Shown: piece after piece, positions 57,347 through 64,000 of the stretch | How the letters are laid out: each line of letters opens with the position of its first letter | Numbering within the stretch: position 1 is the stretch's first letter | Assembly (NCBI GenBank): GCA_044347345.1 | Contig: JBIKUX010000011.1 | Location: 1 to 64,000 of the forward strand | DNA: 64,000 nt | Direction: 5' to 3' | Source: Bdellovibrionota bacterium | GTDB lineage: Bacteria > Bdellovibrionota_C > UBA2361 > JBIKUX01 | The notes under the pieces: generated by a model | Seen by the model: the letters and a program-made list of their open reading frames with translations, nothing else | The model's database searches: none | What the model was told of the DNA's origin: nothing | Position numbers and translations under genes: made by a program

Positions 57347-58331
57347 TTACAGAGGATTTCATCTCTCCATGTTTTGCAAGAAGCACAGCGAACCCACCTG
57401 CTCCATGACCTTGTCCTGGCCAAACCCGATAGCAAGGAAATGGTGCAAGGGTGGAGCGGAATGATTGTAAGATAGGAGCTTCGATCGGTACCATATCCGT
57501 AGTGCGTTTTAAGAACCATTCCATGATTCCTTCATTTTCTTCGCGTGAAAAAGTACATGTAAGATATGCAAGATAACCACCTGGAGCTACACATTCTGCT
57601 GACTTGGCGAGAAGATGTCTTTGTCTGCGAACATTCATCGAGATAATGGATGGGTGAAAAGCTCCAAATGATACGGTATTTTTTCTTTTGTTTAGTCCAT
57701 CTTCGTTTGTAGGCTTTGCTAAAAGTGATTGCCCAGAGCATGGCGCATCAAGAATAACAAGATTAGCTTGGTAAGGTATACGTTTTGCTATTTCGTTTAC
57801 ATTTAAAGAAGTGACGATGCCAGGAATTTTGCACCGTTCAAGATTGCTTATTAAGGCACTTATTCGTTTATTCTCTACTTCATTTGCAATTATTGATAAA
57901 CCGAATAGCTCGTAGGCTATTATTGATTTGCCTCCAGGAGCTGCGCATAAGTCGAGTATTGGTGGCTGGAATTCAAGGTTTTTAATTGAGGTAAGGACTG
58001 AGGATAAAATGATTGAAGAGAGGTCTAATGGATAAAAAAGTCCTTTACTATAATCTGTTGAGAGACCCGGGCGAGTACCGGTTGATAAAAGAGATATTAA
58101 AAGACCAGATTCTTTGCAAATATTAGTAACACTGCTTGAAGGAGTTAGAGTTGACCAAAGTGAAGTGTCTACTAACTCTGTCGATGATTGTCGAGTTAAC
58201 CAGAGAAGAGTGGGTTGGCCTGCAGAACTTATTTTGCTAGCACCTGATGCAATTGTATCTATAAAGGTTTGTTTTTCTGTTACTGAGTCAAATAATTTAT
58301 CAGCGACTTTTATAAGAGAGCGGTGGGTCAT
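57306..58331 (-). CDS. RsmB/NOP (RsmF-like) RNA m5C methyltransferase
   Basis: LDLCAAPGGKS, ANE, DAPCSG, YLTCT..EENE. Confidence 0.92.
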   Translation of the reverse strand: MTHRSLIKVADKLFDSVTEKQTFIDTIASGASKISSAGQPTLLWLTRQSSTELVDTSLWSTLTPSSSVTNICKESGLLISLLSTGTRPGLSTDYSKGLFYPLDLSSIILSSVLTSIKNLEFQPPILDLCAAPGGKSIIAYELFGLSIIANEVENKRISALISNLERCKIPGIVTSLNVNEIAKRIPYQANLVILDAPCSGQSLLAKPTNEDGLNKRKNTVSFGAFHPSIISMNVRRQRHLLAKSAECVAPGGYLAYLTCTFSREENEGIMEWFLKRTTDMVPIEAPILQSFRSTLAPFPCYRVWPGQGHGAGGFAVLLAKHGEMKSSVINEKLLEPIRYRG

Positions 58332-58362
58332 AATAGATTAAAGGAATAAAAATTAGTGACAT

Positions 58363-58797
58363 TCAGCTCCAAAGATTACTAACTATTACTTCTCTTCGGT
58401 GCGGAGCTGCCCGATGTTCCCAAAGATAAATACCCTGCCAAGTACCGAGAGTAAGTATGCCGTTGTGAATGGGGATGCTAAGTGAAGTTGATGTGAGAGC
58501 AGCTTTTATATGAGCTGGCATATCGTCAGGCCCTTCAGACGTGTGCTTAAAGACCGGATTATTCTCGGGTACCAAGCTAGTCAACCAACTTTCTAAGTCT
58601 CGTTTAGCTGATGGGTCGGCATTTTCTTGAATTAAAAGGCTAGCAGAAGTATGCCGGATAAATAAAGTACAAATACCATCAATTTTTCTTGGACAAGCAT
58701 GGACAGTGCCTAATACTTTATCGGTAAATTCGTACAATCCTTGTCCGTTAGTAATGACCTCAAGTGAGGTTACTCGGCAAGGCATGATTTTACCCAC
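58363..58797 (-). CDS. yjbQ: YjbQ/UPF0047 family protein
   Basis: HTSASL.IQENADP, H..EGPDDMPAHIK, LGTWQGIYLWEHR. Confidence 0.95.
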   Translation of the reverse strand: MGKIMPCRVTSLEVITNGQGLYEFTDKVLGTVHACPRKIDGICTLFIRHTSASLLIQENADPSAKRDLESWLTSLVPENNPVFKHTSEGPDDMPAHIKAALTSTSLSIPIHNGILTLGTWQGIYLWEHRAAPHRREVIVSNLWS

Positions 58798-60083
58798 AAT
58801 GAGGCTTGTTCAGCAGAATTAAAATTTTCTTGGACATTTCTTGTTAAGTCTTTAAGTTGTATGGTTCCTTTCTCTTTTTCAAGGAACGCTACAAACCTAA
58901 TACCCTTTTGGTCAGCATAATCTATCTGTTTACCAAGTTTTGGTGCTTTATAGAAGACTTCAGTTGGAATACCGCTACTACGAAAACAGTCAGCTAATTC
59001 ATTACTCTCAGGGCGATCTGTCTCATTTAAAACTGTGACGAGTAATTGAGCAGATGATTTTTTAGTAGGACTTATTAGATTTTTCTCAATTATGAGGGCA
59101 ATTAGCCGGCTTATACCGATAGAGGCGCCAACGGCTGGAAGATTTTGGGTTGTAAAGCGAGCCGTGAGGTTATCATAGCGTCCACCTCCTCCAGCAGAAC
59201 CGAATTCAGGATATGCCGGTAATCTAACTTCGAGAATAGTACCGGTGTAGTAACCAAGGCCGCGGGCGAGGCTTCCATCGATGACTACTTTATTCTTGGT
59301 TGTTTGAGGAAGTAGTCGTATCACTTCATTTAGTTCACTGATACCGGCTAAGAATTTGTCATCGTTGCAATTAATTATGTTAAATAATTGGTCGATAGAA
59401 TCAGCAGGTAAGCGGAGTGCTGATAACGCTATAATCTGCTCAATTACATCTGTTGCAAGAGCGAGGTCAACTTTGAGTTCATGGTGTACACCGTCTACAC
59501 CTATTTTATCGATTTTATCGACTATACCGATGGCTTTGTGACTATTTTCTTCTGATAGACCGAGATTACTATAAAAGCCTATCAGAATTTTGCGATTGTT
59601 AAGACGAATCTCATAGTCACATAAATTGAGTCGACGATAAGCCTTCTCAATCACAGTTACTACTTCAGCGTCACAAGCTAAAGGGAGTGTCTCACGAGCA
59701 ACAATATCAATGTCAAATTGATAGAATTCTCGGTATCTACCTCGCTGAGGTCTTTCACCGCGCCAGACTTTTTGCAATGAAAATCTCTTTAAGGGAAAGC
59801 TTAAATTAGAAAGGTTTTCGGCTACATATCTGGCAAATGGAATGGTCAAATCAAAATGAAGTGCAAGCTTCGCTTCTTCCTCATCATGAGCTTGAGCTCT
59901 TTTAAGGACAAATATCTCCTTTCCGCCAATACCATTCTCTTCAAGGGAGCTAAGTAGCTCTACAGATGAGTGGTCAATTGAGTAAAAACCGTGTGAGATG
60001 TATACCTCTTTTATAGTGTTTATCACCCATTCCTCTATAAGGCGAACTTCTGGAAGCCATTCAGGAAAACCGGAGATACTCAT
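58770..60083 (-). CDS. hisS: Histidine--tRNA ligase
   Basis: FDLT.PFARY, WRGERPQRGRYREFYQFD, ARGLGYYTG, GGGRYD, anticodon-binding domain. Confidence 0.97.
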   Translation of the reverse strand: MSISGFPEWLPEVRLIEEWVINTIKEVYISHGFYSIDHSSVELLSSLEENGIGGKEIFVLKRAQAHDEEEAKLALHFDLTIPFARYVAENLSNLSFPLKRFSLQKVWRGERPQRGRYREFYQFDIDIVARETLPLACDAEVVTVIEKAYRRLNLCDYEIRLNNRKILIGFYSNLGLSEENSHKAIGIVDKIDKIGVDGVHHELKVDLALATDVIEQIIALSALRLPADSIDQLFNIINCNDDKFLAGISELNEVIRLLPQTTKNKVVIDGSLARGLGYYTGTILEVRLPAYPEFGSAGGGGRYDNLTARFTTQNLPAVGASIGISRLIALIIEKNLISPTKKSSAQLLVTVLNETDRPESNELADCFRSSGIPTEVFYKAPKLGKQIDYADQKGIRFVAFLEKEKGTIQLKDLTRNVQENFNSAEQASLWVKSCLAE

Positions 60084-60268
60084 GGTACTATCGCTTTTTA
60101 AGGGGTTGCTGCCTGTAAGCCAAAAAATAAGGCTTAAAAAATCTTAAGAGTGATGGTAAAAAAAAATATAAGGTTATGAAAGTTTTTATGAGTAACTTAA
60201 ACATAATTTTGTAATAAGATTTGTAATTGGTCTAACTTAAGTTGTTTGTAGTGTGTGTAAAAAGTATT

Positions 60269-60322
60269 ATAGCCTGGCCGTAGTATATAGCATGACCGTA
60301 GTACATAGCCTGTCTGTAATTT
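60269..60322. repeat. Three degenerate 18 bp tandem repeats
   Basis: atagcctggccgtagtat / atagcatgaccgtagtac / atagcctgtctgtaattt. Confidence 0.8.
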
Positions 60323-60347
60323 AAAAATTTATGGCTAGACGTGCGTT

Positions 60348-60785
60348 ATGACCACAAATTTAGTCGACAGTACTCAACAATCTACTGGGTTGCCGTCTAC
60401 TGGGTTGCCGTCTACTGGGTTGCTACTGTACTATGCGCAAAAGGTAAAAGAGAATGCCGAGATTAATTCACAAAGTCCGGTGCCAGGCAAGCCACTTCCA
60501 GAGGAAGGCTCTGGTCCCAATATAAAGATAGTTTCTCGTCCAAATCCTCCAAATCCTCCTGGAGGGGGTAACTTATTACCAGAACGGCTTGGTTTATCAG
60601 CAAATAATAAAAAATTACTAACTCCGCCTCCTGAACTAAAGCAGCTAGCACAGAATCTTCTAGGAGGGATAGAAACACCTGACTCAATGGTGGGACTAGT
60701 GATAGCTAGTGCGCTGGGACTACGACAAAAAGAACTACTACCAGAAGATGAAAACATACCTACACGACTTTACGGAGTTGTTTAA
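60348..60785 (+). CDS. Hypothetical Pro-rich low-complexity protein with STGLP repeats
   Basis: 145 aa ORF; tctactgggttgccg repeated about 3 times at 60381..60423. Confidence 0.55.
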   Translation: MTTNLVDSTQQSTGLPSTGLPSTGLLLYYAQKVKENAEINSQSPVPGKPLPEEGSGPNIKIVSRPNPPNPPGGGNLLPERLGLSANNKKLLTPPPELKQLAQNLLGGIETPDSMVGLVIASALGLRQKELLPEDENIPTRLYGVV

Positions 60786-60951
60786 AAAATAGCTAGAAAT
60801 TTTCCTTTAACTAGATTTAAGAAAAAATAGTTGAATTATAAGTAAGAAAACAGCAAAACTACCGCGTGTTCTGTTAGGGTGATCAATTTTTTGAGGAAGA
60901 GTGCGCCTTTAAAAAAAAGAAGGGTATAGTTTTGGAAGGTAGATAAGTCTT

Positions 60952-62568
60952 GTGCTTCAGATTTGTAACTCTGCTATCGGTATGCTTGCTCGTACTGGCC
61001 TTATTTCGAAGACGTTTTACGTTTGGGCTAAGAGCCGAATAAGGCAGATAAACACTGAGAATGTAAAAAATGAACAGGAACTAATACTTAAATCTTTAGT
61101 TAATCGGGCTAAAAATACTCAATTTGGCCGTGATCATGGATTTATCAAAATTAGGTCTATATCTGAATATCAGGAGCGAGTATCGGTCAGGTCTTATGAG
61201 CATTTTTGGGCGGAATATCTTAAACCGAGATTTCCTTATGCAAGTAATGTTTTGTGGCCTGGAGATACCAAGTACTTTGCCGTTAGTTCTGGCACTACAA
61301 CTGGTAAAACAAAATATCTTCCTGTTACGCAAGCTCTGCTCGCATCAAATCAAAAAGCAGCCGTTGATATGTTAGCTGCCCACATGGTAGCCAATCCTAA
61401 GACGTTACTTTTTTCTGGTCAAAATTTTGTTCTTGGAGGAAGTACAGCCCTTGTAGAAGAGGGGGTAAGTGGTAACGGTAGTAGTATTTGGAGCGGCGAT
61501 CTAAGCGGAATCGTTGCAAAGACCGTGCCTTTGTGGGCAAAGCCATTTTATTTCCCTCCTCCGCAAATCGCGCTTATGTCAAATTGGGAAGAAAAAATCG
61601 GTATTCTGGCTCGGCAGTCTGTAAAAGAGCGTATTGTCTCAATAAGCGGCGTGCCTAGTTGGTTAATTATATTTTTTGAAGCTGTAGCTAAACAACAGGG
61701 ATGCTCACTTGCTGAAGTAGGTAAATGTTTTCCCTACCTGTCATTATTAATTCACGGAGGAGTTAATTTCGAGCCATATCGCAAGCGGTTTAAGGAATTT
61801 TTAACTTGTACAAATGCAGAACTCCGAGAAGTGTATCCAGCGAGTGAAGGTTTTGTCGCCTTTCAAGATTCAGATGTTGAATCAGGATTACGTCTAGCTA
61901 CAACGCATGATATTTTTTTTGAATTTATACCTCTTGAAGAGCTTAACTCACTTAATCCAATACGGCATTGGGTAGGTAATATTGAGCCAAACGTTCATTA
62001 TGCAGTAGTTCTTACTACCTGTGGGGGCTTATGGTCTTATCTTCTTGGGGATACAGTACGGTTTTTGTCAGTAAATCCTCCTAGACTTTTAGTAACAGGC
62101 CGTACTTCTTATATGTTGTCAGCATTTGGCGAGCACCTGATTGGCGAAGAGATTGAAGCGGCAGTTGCTAGTGCCGCACGCATTGCTGGTGTTTCTATTA
62201 CTGATTTCTCAGTGGGGGCTATTTATCCAGAGCATCAAGGAGAGCTCGGTCGTCACTGTTATGTCATTGAGCTTGATTCAGTTACAGATTCATGTGATGG
62301 GCGTGAGCTAGGTCGTAATATTGACTCATTTCTATGTTCCACAAACGAGGATTATGTTGCACATCGTGCTGAAGGTTTTGGCCTTGGTTCTCCCGAAATT
62401 TTGCTAGTTCCACCCGGAACATTTGCAAATTGGATGAAGTCACGAGGTAAGCTTGGGGGACAAAATAAAGTTCCTCGAGTAATTAATGACACCATTTTAT
62501 TTCAAGCTCTTAAGTCGTTTTGTACTGAAATGATTGACGCTTCCACAGCATTATCTGCACACTCATAG
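60952..62568 (+). CDS. GH3 family acyl-adenylate/amido synthetase
   Basis: SSGTT.GK.K, GDLS, SGVPSW, YPASEG, YLLGDTV, GRT, GGQNKVPR. Confidence 0.92.
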   Translation: MLQICNSAIGMLARTGLISKTFYVWAKSRIRQINTENVKNEQELILKSLVNRAKNTQFGRDHGFIKIRSISEYQERVSVRSYEHFWAEYLKPRFPYASNVLWPGDTKYFAVSSGTTTGKTKYLPVTQALLASNQKAAVDMLAAHMVANPKTLLFSGQNFVLGGSTALVEEGVSGNGSSIWSGDLSGIVAKTVPLWAKPFYFPPPQIALMSNWEEKIGILARQSVKERIVSISGVPSWLIIFFEAVAKQQGCSLAEVGKCFPYLSLLIHGGVNFEPYRKRFKEFLTCTNAELREVYPASEGFVAFQDSDVESGLRLATTHDIFFEFIPLEELNSLNPIRHWVGNIEPNVHYAVVLTTCGGLWSYLLGDTVRFLSVNPPRLLVTGRTSYMLSAFGEHLIGEEIEAAVASAARIAGVSITDFSVGAIYPEHQGELGRHCYVIELDSVTDSCDGRELGRNIDSFLCSTNEDYVAHRAEGFGLGSPEILLVPPGTFANWMKSRGKLGGQNKVPRVINDTILFQALKSFCTEMIDASTALSAHS

Positions 62569-62603
62569 AATATCACGATTAACATTAACAATAAGGTCGT
62601 AGT

Positions 62604-63716
62604 ATGGGGAGCGAGCGCATTCGAGTAGGGATATTGTGTGGTGGAGAGTCTCCTGAACATGAAGTTTCTCTCCTATCAGCAAAAAATATAGTGGCTGCAC
62701 TTAATCCATCAAAATATGAGGTGACTATAATCGGAATCAGTCGAGAAGGTGAATGGGGATTACGTCATTTACATCATTGGCTAATTAACGAGGATAATCC
62801 TGAAAAAATAGCACTTGCTCCCGCGAGTGCTGGTCTTGCTGTTCAACCCAAGGGTAGGGTGGGTGCAAAAAATGCAATTGTGACAACTGAAAGTGGAATT
62901 ACTTTACCTCTAATTGATGTTGTGTTTCCGGTGCTTCATGGACCAAATGGTGAAGATGGTACTATTCAGGGTTTACTTCGTTTAGCTCATATTCCTTTCA
63001 TCGGTCCCGACGTACTCGGCTCATCAATTGGTATGGATAAGGATGTGATGAAACGTCTTTTACGAGATGCAAAAGTACCTATTGCACCTTTTGTATCCAT
63101 TAGCAGACAAAAAAGCTCTTTGGTCTCCTTTAAAGCAGTGACCAAAGAGCTTGGGCCAGTGCTGTTTATCAAGCCTGCTAATATGGGGTCTTCTGTGGGA
63201 GTATCTAGAGCAGACAGTGAAGAAAGCTTCATAGCGGCTACAGAAGAGGCATTTAGATTTGATGATAAGATTTTGATCGAGCAAGAAATTATTGGGCAAG
63301 AGATTGAATGCTCGGTAATTGGGAACGAAGTAAAGCGAGCCTCACTTCCTGGTAAAGTAATACCATCGCACACTTTCTATTCATATGAGGCAAAGTATTT
63401 GGATCCTGATGGGGCTAGTTTTGAAATACCAGCAATACTTTCCGAAGGTGAGGTAAAAAATATTCAAGATACAGCTATTCGTACTTGTGAGGTTCTCTGT
63501 ATAGATGGAATGTCACGGGTTGACATGTTTCTCAAAAAAGATGGAGAAGTATTGGTTAATGAGGTAAATACAATCCCGGGTTTTACTCGTATCAGTATGT
63601 ACCCAAAAATGTGGGAAGCTTCAGGTCTGGAATATGGGGAACTTTTGGATGAACTAATAACATTGGCAATATCTCGTAATAAGAAACAGGAAAGTAGACG
63701 AATAGTTCGAAATTAA
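62604..63716 (+). CDS. ddl: D-alanine--D-alanine ligase
   Basis: GG.S.EHEVSL, HGPNGEDG, GSSVG, FYSYEAKY, NEVNTIPG..SMYP. Confidence 0.97.
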   Translation: MGSERIRVGILCGGESPEHEVSLLSAKNIVAALNPSKYEVTIIGISREGEWGLRHLHHWLINEDNPEKIALAPASAGLAVQPKGRVGAKNAIVTTESGITLPLIDVVFPVLHGPNGEDGTIQGLLRLAHIPFIGPDVLGSSIGMDKDVMKRLLRDAKVPIAPFVSISRQKSSLVSFKAVTKELGPVLFIKPANMGSSVGVSRADSEESFIAATEEAFRFDDKILIEQEIIGQEIECSVIGNEVKRASLPGKVIPSHTFYSYEAKYLDPDGASFEIPAILSEGEVKNIQDTAIRTCEVLCIDGMSRVDMFLKKDGEVLVNEVNTIPGFTRISMYPKMWEASGLEYGELLDELITLAISRNKKQESRRIVRN

Positions 63717-63749
63717 TGATTAAACATTTTTAAGTAGTAGTAGTTTATT

Positions 63750-64000
63750 ATGAATAATTTCGAGTCAGATTCTAAACAAGAAGTTAGTGAGACAGATCAC
63801 AACACGATATATGTAGGAAACCTGCCATTTTCATGGGGAGCTAGTGAAGTAAAAAAAATGTTCGGTCGAGCTGGAGAGATTTGCTCAGTAAAGGTTTCTA
63901 TTGATAGGTTTTCTGGTAGGAGTCAGGGGTACGGATTTATAGAATATGCTTCTATTAAAGAAGCTAATCATGCTATCGAGCAGTTTAATGGGATAGAGGT
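63750..64000 (+). CDS. RRM (RNP-1) RNA-binding protein, truncated at the window end; absent from the ORF track
   Basis: Hand translation MNNFESDSKQEVSETDHNT-IYVGNL(RNP2)-PFSW...DRFSGRS-QGYGFIEY(RNP1)-ASIKEANHAIEQFNG. Confidence 0.93.
   Translation, partial: MNNFESDSKQEVSETDHNTIYVGNLPFSWGASEVKKMFGRAGEICSVKVSIDRFSGRSQGYGFIEYASIKEANHAIEQFNGIE

Noticed and set aside
60269-60423. CRISPR array
   Set aside because: The repeats are contiguous, short and spacer-less, and there are no cas genes.
5439-63373. Numerous 60-156 aa ORFs nested in or antisense to annotated genes (e.g. 5439..5771, 23862..24332, 34094..34537, 56620..57009, 62987..63373)
   Set aside because: They are shadow frames of well-supported genes and have no motifs of their own.
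62604-63716. Van-type D-Ala-D-Lac ligase
   Set aside because: The omega loop has Tyr (YSYEAKY), and there are no vanH or vanX neighbours.
1-64000. tRNA, rRNA, prophage or intact IS element
   Set aside because: I saw no cloverleaf or rRNA signatures and no phage structural or transposase ORFs; a tRNAscan/Infernal run would be needed to exclude small RNAs fully.

Overview
Bacterial chromosomal DNA that is AT-rich by eye, with a gene repertoire suggesting a deltaproteobacteria-like or Bdellovibrionota-like diderm (inference: CxxxY-type CcmE, ccmEF..ABCD order, SspB-like protein, RRM protein, LPS genes). Most of the window is housekeeping: rsmE, metF-like, nuoI-like, parC-parE, tkt, anmK, trmB, pdxST, engB, the ccm operon, the imuA-imuB-dnaE2 mutasome, lpxL, copA, kdsD, flagellin, hisS and ddl. 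The clearest accessory element is at the left end. It is a ~3.3 kb type II restriction-modification island (MerR-HTH-fused C5 methyltransferase plus a divergent TdeIII-like endonuclease) bracketed by an exact >=127 bp duplication of the rsmE 3' region. It also carries a perfect 15 bp operator-like palindrome and a possible decayed tyrosine-recombinase trace. Other candidates include a Csr/Rsm-like regulatory signature (GGA hairpin in the flagellin leader plus a GGA-dense intergenic tract), a possible sigma28-driven sRNA, an orphan minor-pilin operon, a pseudo-receiver sigma54 activator, and repeated short tandem duplications with periods divisible by 3. Two real genes missing from the ORF track (ccmD and a truncated RRM protein) were found by hand. 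I saw no tRNA, rRNA, CRISPR array, intact transposase or prophage. I cannot demonstrate a wholly new system from sequence alone; the findings below are hypotheses.
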